A stretch of DNA of 32,000 bases from Methylorubrum extorquens (GTDB lineage: Bacteria; Pseudomonadota; Alphaproteobacteria; Rhizobiales; Beijerinckiaceae): assembly GCA_900234795.1 (NCBI GenBank), contig LT962688.1, positions 3,360,001 through 3,392,000 on the forward strand. Direction: 5' to 3'. Positions 9,449 to 17,730 of this stretch are shown here, piece after piece. The notes beneath the pieces are model-generated. The model made no database searches and had not been told where the DNA came from. It saw only the letters and a program-made list of their open reading frames with translations. The translations under genes and the position numbers were made by a program. The first letter of the stretch is position 1; the number at the start of each line of letters is the position of its first letter.

Positions 9449-9555
9449 CTAGAGCCGTATCCGACCTGATTGCATCAGGCCGGCGTCTCTAGGTCTTTGT
9501 TTTGACGCGCATTCTTTCGACGAACCGATGACCACTTCGTCGGAATGCGCTCTAG
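9449..9555 (+). repeat. ~107-bp MITE/REP-like intergenic element, copy B
   Basis: Second copy of the 5986-6093 element, bounded by CTAG at both ends (ctagagccg...gcgctctag). Hairpins cctgat-tgc-atcagg and cgacgaa..ttcgtcg. Its right-hand CTAG contains the stop codon of the Sel1 gene (minus-strand TAG at 9554-9552). Confidence 0.8.
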
Positions 9556-10946
9556 CGTTTGGCGCCCGCTTTGCCCGTGCCCTTCTCGAACAGGGCGGCG
9601 ATCTTCTGCATCGCCCCCGTGTCGCCGAGGGCGGCGGCCTTCTCATACCAGAGCTTGGCGGCGCTCCGGTCGCGCGTCACGCCCCACCCCTCGGCGTAGA
9701 GGGTGCCGAGCGCGGACATGCCCTCCGGACTCCCGGCGTCCGCCGCCTTCTTGTACCAGAGCTTGGCCGCTCCGTAGTCCTTTTTCACGCCCTGGCCGTT
9801 CTCGTACAGGGCACCGAGATTGTACATGGACTGGGCATTGCCCGCGGCAGCGGCCTTTTCATACCAGAGCTTGGCCGTCGCGTAGTCCTGCTTCACGCCC
9901 TGACCGTTGTCGTACAGGATGCCGAGATCGTTCATGGCGAAGGCGCTGCCCGCGTTCGCGGCCTTGTCGTACCAAAGCTTGGCCGTCGCGTAGTCCTGCG
10001 TCACGCCCCGGCCGTTCCCGTAGAGGAGGCCGAGACCGCGCATGCCATCCGGGTTGTCGGCCGCAGCGGCCTTCTCGTACCAGAGCTTGGCCGTCGCATA
10101 GTCCTGCTTCACGCCCTGGCCGTTCTCGTACAGAGAGCCGAGATTGGTCATGGCGAACGGGTTGCCCGCCTCGGCGCCTTTCTCGTACCAGCCCTTGGCG
10201 GCGGCATCGTCTTTCGCGACGCCCTGCCCTTCCTCGTAGAGAAGGCCGAGGTCGTTCATGGCCTCCGCGCTGTCCGCGCTCGCGGCCTTCTCGAACCAGC
10301 CCTTGGCGGCGGCATAATCCTGCGTCACGCCGAGGCCATTGAGATACAGACGCCCGACACTGCGCATGGCATCAGCCGTGTCGGCGGCGGCGGCCTTCTC
10401 GTACCAGGTCTTGGCGCGGGCATAGTCCTGCTTCACGCCCTGGCCGTTCTCGTACAGCACGCCGAGATTGTTCATGGCGCTGGCGCTGCCCCCGGCCGCC
10501 GCCTTCTCGTACCAGCCCCTGGCCGTGGCATAGTCCTGCGGCACGCCCTGGCCGACGTCGTAGAAGTAGCCGAGCTTCTGCATGGCGTCCGCATCACCCG
10601 CGGCGGCCGCCTTGTCGTACCAGCCCTTGGCGGCCGGGTAGTCCTGCGCCACGCCCCGGCCGAACTCGTCGAGAATGCCGAGATTGTACATCGACTCCGC
10701 CAGCCCCTTGGCGGCGGCCTTCTCGTACCAGCCTCGGGCGGCGGCATAATCCTGCGCGACGCCCTGGCCCTCCTCGTAGAGAAGGCCAAGCTTGTGCATC
10801 GCGGTGGCATCACCCGCGGCGGCGGCCTTCTCGTACCAGCCTTTGGCGGTGGCGTAGTCCTGGCCTTCGGTCGGCGCGGTCTCGACGGCCAGGGCGGAGA
10901 GTGGAGCGAAAAGCAGCCCCGCGACAACGACGATCCGCCCGAGCAT
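9552..10946 (-). CDS. Secreted Sel1-like repeat (SLR/TPR-family) protein, 12 tandem repeats
   Basis: Signal peptide MLGRIVVVAGLLFAPLSALA, then 12 back-to-back 36-aa units of consensus DYATAKxWYEKAAAAGxxxAMxNLGxLYENGQGVxQ with no linkers. Confidence 0.92.
   Translation of the reverse strand: MLGRIVVVAGLLFAPLSALAVETAPTEGQDYATAKGWYEKAAAAGDATAMHKLGLLYEEGQGVAQDYAAARGWYEKAAAKGLAESMYNLGILDEFGRGVAQDYPAAKGWYDKAAAAGDADAMQKLGYFYDVGQGVPQDYATARGWYEKAAAGGSASAMNNLGVLYENGQGVKQDYARAKTWYEKAAAADTADAMRSVGRLYLNGLGVTQDYAAAKGWFEKAASADSAEAMNDLGLLYEEGQGVAKDDAAAKGWYEKGAEAGNPFAMTNLGSLYENGQGVKQDYATAKLWYEKAAAADNPDGMRGLGLLYGNGRGVTQDYATAKLWYDKAANAGSAFAMNDLGILYDNGQGVKQDYATAKLWYEKAAAAGNAQSMYNLGALYENGQGVKKDYGAAKLWYKKAADAGSPEGMSALGTLYAEGWGVTRDRSAAKLWYEKAAALGDTGAMQKIAALFEKGTGKAGAKR
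9555..10859 (-). repeat. Tandem 108-bp coding repeat array (12 units) inside the Sel1 gene
   Basis: Strings such as cttctcgtaccagagcttggccgtcgc(g/a)tagtcctgcttcacgccctg(g/a)ccgtt recur on the + strand with a 108-nt period across the gene. Confidence 0.85.
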
Positions 10947-11187
10947 GATAGGGTGTCCTCAGTCGAAAAATCGGCACCGGCGCGAAGAATGCGGGATGCG
11001 CCGTGCCGCCCGAACCTTCACATTTGCCGGAACCGGATTTCAACGCTCGCGACTTGACCCAGAATCCCAATCTCTTGTCGCGACGCTTCATCACCCCGGC
11101 GCCGTGACCGGAAGCAGCACGCGTCATCGCCGGGTCGCGAAGCGCGGCCACAACGACACCCCAGCTCGGATGCCGACGCCGCGAACG

Positions 11188-11811
11188 ATGACTTCCCCCT
11201 CCGCCCGCCTCGCCGCTTCCCTGATCGCGGTCTGCGCCGCCGTCGGCGTCGGGTTCGGCTTCTCCGCCGTATTCGGGCGAACCGGCTCGGTGCCGCTCAC
11301 GACCTGGATCATGGCCGCCTATTTCACGAACCTCACCGGGCTCCTCGTCCTCGCGGTGTTCGGCGGGATCGCCCTGCGGGTGCCGGCCCTGGCCCAGCCC
11401 CGGCTCGTTGCCACGACGGTGCTCGCGACCCTGCTCGTCGGACTCGTGCAGCGACTGCTGCTCTACGGGGTCAGGACCCTGCGCGGCGGCGACCTCGTCG
11501 GCGACATCCTGCTCCACCAAGTGCTGCCGGTGCTGGTGCCGCTGTTCTGGCTCGCCTTCGTGCCGAAGGGGCGCCTCGCAGTGCGCGACCTCGTGCTGTT
11601 TGCGAGCTACCCGTTGATCTATCTCGGCTACACGCTCCTGCGCGGCGCCTACGATGCGCGCTATCCCTACCCGTTCCTCGATGTGGGGAAGATCGGCTGG
11701 GGTCCGGTCGCGGCCTATGCCGGGGCGATCGCGGCGGCTTTCCTCGGCGTCGGATGGGCGCTGGTGCTCCTCGACCGGCGCCTCGCACGGCGCAGGGCCG
11801 TGGCGGGATGA
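11188..11811 (+). CDS. Pr6Pr-family (FAR-17a/AIG1-like) integral membrane protein
   Basis: About 6 TM helices and the C-terminal signature YDARYPYPFLDV. The track ORF (10945..) has an implausible Arg-rich N-terminus, so ATG 11188 (or 11170) is more likely. Confidence 0.62.
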   Translation: MTSPSARLAASLIAVCAAVGVGFGFSAVFGRTGSVPLTTWIMAAYFTNLTGLLVLAVFGGIALRVPALAQPRLVATTVLATLLVGLVQRLLLYGVRTLRGGDLVGDILLHQVLPVLVPLFWLAFVPKGRLAVRDLVLFASYPLIYLGYTLLRGAYDARYPYPFLDVGKIGWGPVAAYAGAIAAAFLGVGWALVLLDRRLARRRAVAG

Positions 11812-11815
11812 ACCG

Positions 11816-12544
11816 CTACCCCTCGAACACCGTAGCGATCTCGCCCGGCCCCAGGATCCGGAACTCCCCCGCCGGCAGGTCGGCCGGAAGCGCCAGGCCG
11901 CCGACGCGGTCGCGGTGGAGCGCATCGACATGGTTGCCGAGCGCGGCGAACATCCGCCGGACCTGATGGTAGCGGCCCTCGTGCAGGGTCACCGTGCAAT
12001 GGGTCGGGTCGTCGGTCTCCATCTCCACCGGCAGGAGCGGCTTGTCCTCGCCCTCCAACATCATCTCGCCCGAGGCGAGGATCGCGGTCTCGTCGCCCTG
12101 GAGCGGGCGGGCCAGCGCCACCCGGTAGCGCTTGGAGACCTTGGCCTTCGGCGAGATGATCCGGTGCAGGAGTGCGCCGTCATCGGTCATCAGCAGGAGG
12201 CCCGAGGTCTCCTTGTCGAGGCGCCCGACCGTGGAGAGCGCCGGATCGCGCCGCCGCCAGCGCTCGGGCAGCAGGCTGTAGACCAGCGGCCCGACCTCCT
12301 TGTGCGAGCAGGTGACGCCGAGCGGCTTGTGCAGCATCAGGCAGACGCCCGGCAGCGGATCGAGCGCCTCACCCTGCACCGTCATCCGGGCGGAGAGATC
12401 GGGCTCCAGCGGGATGCGCTGCGAAGCGTCCCGCAGGGCCTGCCCGTCGAGACGGACGAGACCGGCGCGGGCCAGCCCCTCGACCTCGCGGCGCGAGCCA
12501 TAGCCGAGATTGGCCAGCAGCCGGTCGAGGCGGAGCGCCTTCAT
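11816..12544 (-). CDS. rsuA: 16S rRNA pseudouridine synthase, RsuA family
   Basis: N-terminal S4 domain (LRLDRLLANLGYGSRREVEGL...) and the catalytic motif GRLDKETSGLLLMTDDG. The C-terminal part includes HEGRYHQVRRMF. Confidence 0.85.
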   Translation of the reverse strand: MKALRLDRLLANLGYGSRREVEGLARAGLVRLDGQALRDASQRIPLEPDLSARMTVQGEALDPLPGVCLMLHKPLGVTCSHKEVGPLVYSLLPERWRRRDPALSTVGRLDKETSGLLLMTDDGALLHRIISPKAKVSKRYRVALARPLQGDETAILASGEMMLEGEDKPLLPVEMETDDPTHCTVTLHEGRYHQVRRMFAALGNHVDALHRDRVGGLALPADLPAGEFRILGPGEIATVFEG

Positions 12545-13479
12545 TTGCGCGCCTCGAACAGCTTGTAGCCCCCCTCCGTCGCCAGCGTCGTGACGGTTCG
12601 GAAGGCGGCGCGGAGGGGCGCCTCATAGGGCAGGTGGGTGTTGGCGACGAGATAGAGCGTTCCGCTCGGCCGCAGCACCGCCGCCGCGCGGGTGATGAAG
12701 GCTTGGCCGAGCGCCTGATCCTCGGCGCCGCCATCGTGGAAGGGCGGGTTGGTGACGACGAAGTCGAGGCCCGACAGGGCCGGCTCGGCGCTACGCAGAT
12801 CCGCCCAATGCAGGGTCGCGCCCGGCTCGCCGACGTTGCGGCGGGCCATCTCGATGGCGCGGCGGTCGATGTCGATCAGGGCGAGCGACGCGACTTTCGG
12901 CGATTTCAGCACCGCGCGGGCCAGGATGCCGAGGCCGCAGCCGAAATCGGCTCCGCGCCCCGAGAGAGCGGGCAGGTGCCGCAGCAGCAGGGCGCTGCCG
13001 GGATCGAGCCGGTCCCAGGAGAAGATGCCGGGCTGCGTGCAGAGCGCGAGGTTGTCGATATGGCGCGGTGCGCCGCCCGCCAGAGCGGCCTCGATGCCGG
13101 CGGGCATTTCGGGACGCGTCGCCGTGCAGATGCGGTGGTGACGGCGCGGCTCGTCGGTGACGGCGCAACCGAAGCCGCGCAGCTCCTTGGCGAGCCGGGT
13201 GCCACCCTTGTCCTTGGGCGCCATCGCCACCAGCCGCCCGCCGGGCTTCACGGCCCGGATCGCGAGCGCCAGGGCGTAGCGCCGCTCCGCCGTACCGGGC
13301 GGGGCCAGCAGCAGAGCGGCATCGAGGCTCGCTTCGGCGACATCCTCCAGCCGCGCCGAGCCGGGGATCAGCGGCGAAACCTGGGCGGCGCCCTCGGGCA
13401 TCTCCGCCAGATCGGCCGGCGGGAGGCCGTAGAGGATGGCCCGGATTTCGGAATCGGTGTGAGGCATAGGAGTCGGCAT
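12541..13479 (-). CDS. Class I SAM-dependent rRNA (guanine-N2) methyltransferase, RsmC/RlmG-like
   Basis: SAM loop ADFGCGLGILA, acidic LIDID and the N-methyltransferase motif VTNPPFHDG. Its stop overlaps the rsuA start by 4 nt, suggesting translational coupling. Confidence 0.8.
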   Translation of the reverse strand: MPTPMPHTDSEIRAILYGLPPADLAEMPEGAAQVSPLIPGSARLEDVAEASLDAALLLAPPGTAERRYALALAIRAVKPGGRLVAMAPKDKGGTRLAKELRGFGCAVTDEPRRHHRICTATRPEMPAGIEAALAGGAPRHIDNLALCTQPGIFSWDRLDPGSALLLRHLPALSGRGADFGCGLGILARAVLKSPKVASLALIDIDRRAIEMARRNVGEPGATLHWADLRSAEPALSGLDFVVTNPPFHDGGAEDQALGQAFITRAAAVLRPSGTLYLVANTHLPYEAPLRAAFRTVTTLATEGGYKLFEARK

Positions 13480-13521
13480 TCAGGCTGTGGCCATCGGCAT
13501 CATGATCCGTCCAGCCCTCGC

Positions 13522-13632
13522 CCTCATCCTGAGGTGCCGACGCGGAGCGGCGGCCTCGAAGGATCGTCCAGATCCCGCGCGATCCCTGGAGGATCCTTCG
13601 AGGCCCGCTCGCGCGGGCAACTCAGGATGAGG
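13522..13632. repeat. ~110-bp long-palindrome REP/RIME-like element
   Basis: Left arm cctcatcctgaggtgcc...ggcctcgaaggatc (13522-13565) is the imperfect reverse complement of ggatccttcgaggcc...gcaactcaggatgagg (13591-13632). The spacer contains its own small palindrome (tccag..ctgga). Confidence 0.7.
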
Positions 13633-13662
13633 ACGAGGATGGGATGGATGAGGGAATAGAGG

Positions 13663-14643
13663 TCAGCCGGTCGGGAATTCGAGGCCCATCTCGCGATAGC
13701 GCGCGGGATCGTCGGCCCAATTCTCGCGGACCTTCACGTGCAGGAACAGGTGCACCTTGGCCTCGGCCGCCTCGGTGATCTCGATGCGGGCCGCCTGCCC
13801 GATCGCCTTGATGGTCTGGCCATTCTTGCCCAGCACGATCGAGCGCTGGCTCTCGCGCTCGACGAAGATCGTCTGCTCGATCCGCACCGAGCCGTCGGGC
13901 CGAACCTGCCACTGGTCGGTCTCGACGGTGGAGCGGTAGGGCAGTTCCTCGTGCAGGCGGTCGTAGATCTTTTCCCGGGTGATCTCGGCGGCCAGCATGC
14001 GCAGCGGCGCGTCGGAGATCTGATCCTCGGGATAGAGCCAAGGGCTCGGCGGCATCCGTGCGGCCAGCGCCTTGCGCAGGTCGGCGATGCCGTCGCCCTT
14101 GAGCGCCGAGATCAGGAAGGTGTCCTCGAACGGCACCATCGCGTTGAGCTTGGCCACCAGTTCGAGCAGGCGCTCGCGGGCGATCAGGTCGATCTTGTTG
14201 AGGATCAGGATCTTGGGCCGCTTCACCTCGGGCAGGCGGCGCAGGATGGTCTCGACCTCCTCGTCCACGCCTTTCCGGGCATCGATCAGCAGGCAGATCG
14301 CGTCGGCATCCGCCGCGCCGCTCCAGGCGGAATGCACCATCGCCCGGTCGAGGCGGCGCTTCGGGGCGAAGATGCCCGGCGTATCCACCAGCACGATCTG
14401 CGCGTTGCCCTCCATGACGATGCCGCGCACCAGCGCCCGCGTCGTCTGGACCTTTCGCGAAACGATCGAGACCTTGGCGCCGACGAGCGCGTTCAGCAGG
14501 GTCGACTTGCCTGCATTCGGCACGCCGATCAGCGCGACGAAGCCTGCACGCGTCTCTTCGCGCGGCTGACCCTGCGCGTCCTGCCGCTGTTCCTGCGGGG
14601 CGCCGTCTTCGTCAGCCTCGTGTTCCGGCTCGTGCTCAGACAT
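13663..14643 (-). CDS. era: GTPase Era
   Basis: G1 GVPNAGKST, G3 DTPG, G4 NKID and a C-terminal KH domain (VERESQRSIVLGKNGQTIK). The ATG at 14643 (MSEHEPEHE...) is preferred over the longer track ORF. Confidence 0.9.
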   Translation of the reverse strand: MSEHEPEHEADEDGAPQEQRQDAQGQPREETRAGFVALIGVPNAGKSTLLNALVGAKVSIVSRKVQTTRALVRGIVMEGNAQIVLVDTPGIFAPKRRLDRAMVHSAWSGAADADAICLLIDARKGVDEEVETILRRLPEVKRPKILILNKIDLIARERLLELVAKLNAMVPFEDTFLISALKGDGIADLRKALAARMPPSPWLYPEDQISDAPLRMLAAEITREKIYDRLHEELPYRSTVETDQWQVRPDGSVRIEQTIFVERESQRSIVLGKNGQTIKAIGQAARIEITEAAEAKVHLFLHVKVRENWADDPARYREMGLEFPTG

Positions 14644-14663
14644 CCGATTCGACCATCCGCGAC

Positions 14664-15434
14664 TCAACCACTCGATCCATCCTGTCCCTGCGTCCCGCCG
14701 ATGCCCTCGCGGGCGAGTACGGCGCGGGCCGCCTCCTGCTCGGCGACGCGCTTCGAGGCGCCCTCGCCGTAGCCGGGTTCGATGCCTTCGACCCGCGCCG
14801 CGATCCGGAAGACCGGGGCGTGGTCGGGTCCCGAGCGCTCCACCACCTCGTAGACCGGGATCGCGAGGCTGCGCGCCATTGCCCATTCCTGCAAGGCCGA
14901 TTTCGCGTCACGCCCGCGCGGGGCCGCGGTTTCCTCGCCGGGGCGGAAGGCGCGCTGCACGATCGCCCGCGTCGCCTCGTAGCCGGCGTCGAGGAACACC
15001 GCGCCGAGAATCGCCTCGCAGACGTCGGCCAGAATGGTCTGGTTGCGCCGCCCGCCGGTCTGGATCTCGCCGGGGCCGAGATTGAGATGCGGCCCGACCT
15101 CCCAGGCCTCGGCCACCACGGCGCAGGTCTCGCGCCGCACGAGGCCGGCGAGACGGCGCGAGAGCTCGCCCTCCTCCGCGCCGGGCAGCGCCTTGTAGAG
15201 CGTCTCGGCCACCGCGAGCCCGAGCACCCGGTCGCCCAGGAATTCCAGGCGCTGGTAGCTGCCGACCCGGCCCGACTGCCCGGCCTTGCTCACATGGGTG
15301 AGCGCCAGCGGCAGCAGCGTCGGGTCGGCGAAGACATGGCCGATGCGCGCCTCCAGCACCGCGAGGCTCGGCCGCGGGCGATGCGCACGCCGGGCGCGGC
15401 TGGAGCGAGCGGCGCCTTCGCCGTCCTCGCTCAT
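14664..15434 (-). CDS. rnc: Ribonuclease III
   Basis: RNase III signature YQRLEFLGDRVLGLAVAE, then a dsRBD (DAKSALQEWA...PVFRIAARVEG). Confidence 0.9.
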   Translation of the reverse strand: MSEDGEGAARSSRARRAHRPRPSLAVLEARIGHVFADPTLLPLALTHVSKAGQSGRVGSYQRLEFLGDRVLGLAVAETLYKALPGAEEGELSRRLAGLVRRETCAVVAEAWEVGPHLNLGPGEIQTGGRRNQTILADVCEAILGAVFLDAGYEATRAIVQRAFRPGEETAAPRGRDAKSALQEWAMARSLAIPVYEVVERSGPDHAPVFRIAARVEGIEPGYGEGASKRVAEQEAARAVLAREGIGGTQGQDGSSG

Positions 15435-15494
15435 CGCCGTCCGCCCCGAGGCGGACCGGCGGATCGTTCCGTCGCTGTCACGTTCGTAAGTAGA

Positions 15495-16302
15495 TCAGTG
15501 AATCGTCGAGAAGATGCGGCTCCAGCGGACGTCCGACGGCCAACGCCAGATCTGCCAGGCGGGGGTCCGCTCGTCGATGGAGAAGAAGATCATCTCGGCG
15601 CGGCCGACGAAGTTCTCGAACGGCACGTAGCCGACGCTGGCGAGGTCGCGCGAATCGGTGGAGTTGTCGCGGTTGTCGCCCATCATGAAGAAGTGACCGG
15701 CCGGCACCGTGTAGACCTCGGTGTTGTCCCAGAAGCCGCGGTCGCCGTCGCGCTCGATCACCCGGTGCGTCACGCCGCCCGGCAGCGTCTCGTCGTACTG
15801 CGCGACCTTCACCGTCTGGTCGAAGGCATCCAGGGTCTCGTAATCGGCGATGCGCTCGCGCTTGACCGGCTTGCCGTTGATGTTGAGCACGCCCTCGATC
15901 ACCTGGATCTTGTCGCCGGGCAGGCCGATCACGCGCTTGATGTAGTCGGTCGCGTTGTCCTTCGGCAGCTTGAACACGGCGATGTCGCCGCGCTTCGGCT
16001 CGGCGGCCCAGACCCGGCCATTCGCCTGGAACGGCAGGTACTCGGAGAGCGGCAGCGAGTATTTCGAGTAGCCGTAGGTGTATTTCGAGACGAACAGGTA
16101 GTCGCCGATCAGCAGCGTCGGAATCAGCGAGCCCGAGGGGGATGTTGAACGGCTGGAAAAGCAGCGTCCGCACCACCAGCGCGATCAACAGCGCCTGAAC
16201 GCCGACCTTCACGGTTTCCCGGATGCTCGCCCAGGTTCCGGGCTCGGCCGTCCGGATCTCCGTCTTGCCCTCGCGATCCAAGCGCGCGCGTCCCATGCTC
16301 AT
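15495..16302 (-). pseudogene. lepB: Signal peptidase I, reading frame broken by a 1-nt insertion (or sequencing error)
   Basis: The N-terminus (16302 down to ~16142: ...VVRTLLFQPFNIP) is in one frame. The rest (SGSLIPTLLIGDYLFVSKYTYGYS...GDIAVFKLPKDN...GDNRDNSTDSR...) is in another. The join is the C5 run at 16137-16141 (ggggg on +). The span is 808 nt, which is 3n+1. Confidence 0.85.
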
Positions 16303-16381
16303 GATTGAAACAGCCTCCGGCCCCGCCGTAAGATCGGCCGCCGCGTCCCAGGTGGCCGTGCTGTCCTGCTGGGCGGCGGGT

Positions 16382-16843
16382 CTAGACTATGCTGCGCCGC
16401 CCCGCAACGCGGAGGATGTGCGGATGCAAACCTATGATGTCGCCGTGATCGGCACCGCCTCGATGATCACGAAGGCTTGCGCGAGGGGGCGGCTCGTCGG
16501 TCAACGTCAGGTGGAGCCGTGCCTCGTGCCCCGCCGGCACCATGCGAGCGAGGTGCTCCCGCGCACCACCGGTCAGGTTGAGCGTCGGTTGGCCGCTGGG
16601 CAGGTTGACCACTTCCATGTCGCGCCAGAACACGCCCTGGCTCATGCCGGTGCCGAGCGCCTTGGCGCAGGCTTCCTTGGCGGCGAAGCGCCGGGCGTAG
16701 GACGGCCCGCGCGCGGCACGCCGGTCGCATTTGCCCCGCTCGCCGTCGGTGAAGACGCGGTGGGTGAAGCGGTCGCCGAAGCGTTCGAGCGAGGACTCGA
16801 TCCGACGGATGTCGCAGAGATCGGTGCCGATTCCGAGGATCAC
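16382..16843 (-). CDS. acpS: Holo-[acyl-carrier-protein] synthase with a frameshifted C-terminus
   Basis: GTG start overlaps the pdxJ stop (GTGA). [15 protein letters not shown]...[14 protein letters not shown] is canonical AcpS. After LTLTDEPP the encoded tail becomes PRASLRDH... and runs to 16382. Removing one C from the C5 run (16485-16489) gives [17 protein letters not shown] with a stop at 16432-16434, the expected AcpS C-terminus. Confidence 0.8.
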   Translation of the reverse strand: MILGIGTDLCDIRRIESSLERFGDRFTHRVFTDGERGKCDRRAARGPSYARRFAAKEACAKALGTGMSQGVFWRDMEVVNLPSGQPTLNLTGGAREHLARMVPAGHEARLHLTLTDEPPPRASLRDHRGGADHGDIIGLHPHILRVAGRRSIV

Positions 16844-17589
16844 GGCTCGGCCTTCCGCCGCGCCCGGTCCATCGCCGCACGCATGTCGTGAACCGCCTGC
16901 CGCAGGCCGACGAAGATCGCCTCGGCGATCAGGGCGTGGCCGATGTTCAGCTCGCGGATCTGGGGCAGCGCCGCCACGGGGCCGACGCTCTCCACGGTGA
17001 GGCCGTGGCCGGCATGGATCTCGAGGCCGAGCCCGGCGCCATGCGCGCTGGCCCGCACGATGCGACCGAGTTCGTGCGCGATTCGGCTCTGATCGCCCTC
17101 GATCACCGCCTCGCAATAGGAGCCGGTATGCAGCTCGACCACCGGCGCTTGGAGGGCGTGGGCGGCTTCCATCACCGCCTCGTCGGGCTCGACGAACAGC
17201 GAGACGCGGATGCCGGCCTCCGACAGGGTGGCGATGCGCGGGGCCAGATGTGCGCGGCCGGCGATGATGTCGAGGCCGCCCTCGGTGGTGCGCTCCTCGC
17301 GCTTCTCCGGCACGAGGCAGGCGGCGTGCGGCTGCGTGGCGAGCGCGATGCCGACCATCTCGTCGGTCGCCGCCATCTCGAGGTTGAGCGGCACCGGCAG
17401 CTTCCGCAACGCCGCGATGTCGGCGTCGCGGATATGGCGGCGGTCCTCGCGCAGATGCGCGGTGATGCCGTCGGCGCCCGCCGCCACGGCCTCGTGGGCG
17501 GCGCGCACCGGATCGGGCGCGAACCCGCCGCGGGCGTTGCGGACGGTGGCGACGTGATCGATGTTCACGCCCAGGCGCAGGGACGACAC
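16840..17589 (-). CDS. pdxJ: Pyridoxine 5'-phosphate synthase
   Basis: [46 protein letters not shown] and ELHTG...HAGHGL. The GTG at 17589 is the likely start. The 774-aa track ORF upstream of it is antisense to the kinase gene. Confidence 0.9.
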   Translation of the reverse strand: MSSLRLGVNIDHVATVRNARGGFAPDPVRAAHEAVAAGADGITAHLREDRRHIRDADIAALRKLPVPLNLEMAATDEMVGIALATQPHAACLVPEKREERTTEGGLDIIAGRAHLAPRIATLSEAGIRVSLFVEPDEAVMEAAHALQAPVVELHTGSYCEAVIEGDQSRIAHELGRIVRASAHGAGLGLEIHAGHGLTVESVGPVAALPQIRELNIGHALIAEAIFVGLRQAVHDMRAAMDRARRKAEP

Positions 17590-17730
17590 GGCTGGCTTTC
17601 CGATGCTCGGCGGATCGAAGGGCTGTCGGTGTAGCGGCTGGCGCCGGTGCTTGGAAGGGTCTGGGGAAAGCCGCGGGACGGATCGCGTTTGACGTCGCCC
17701 GGACCCATCGCGGCGTGTAGCTCTGACGCG

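Noticed and set aside
9555-10859. Regularly spaced repeats as a possible CRISPR array
   Set aside because: The period is 108 bp with no unique spacers. The whole region is one in-frame coding sequence for Sel1 repeats, and no cas genes are present.
9528-11057. 509-aa plus-strand ORF with periodic sequence (…GLLVPELGRRVVLLHALAVLVQ…)
   Set aside because: It is the antisense image of the Sel1 tandem array. The periodicity is inherited from the 108-bp repeat. The minus-strand product has a signal peptide and a canonical Sel1 consensus, while this ORF has neither a family match nor a credible start context.
11070-11106. 7-bp inverted repeat tcgcgac-N23-gtcgcga in the divergent Sel1 / Pr6Pr promoter region as an operator
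   Set aside because: A short GC-rich inverted repeat with long spacing is easily expected by chance in this composition, and there is no second occurrence in the window.
15478-16136. C-terminal ~220 residues of the 274-aa ORF 15478..16302 (…LGLADSDAADRRLPVRLEIHLRLLEI…)
   Set aside because: This is wrong-frame read-through after the lepB frameshift. The authentic LepB sequence, including the catalytic boxes, is in the other frame (15495..16136).
16130-16495. Programmed ribosomal frameshifting or transcriptional slippage as the explanation for the lepB and acpS frame breaks
   Set aside because: C5 runs are too short for known transcriptional slippage. There is no slippery heptamer plus stimulatory structure of a known type, and no precedent I know of for recoding in lepB or acpS. 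Sequencing error or a genuine mutation is far more likely.
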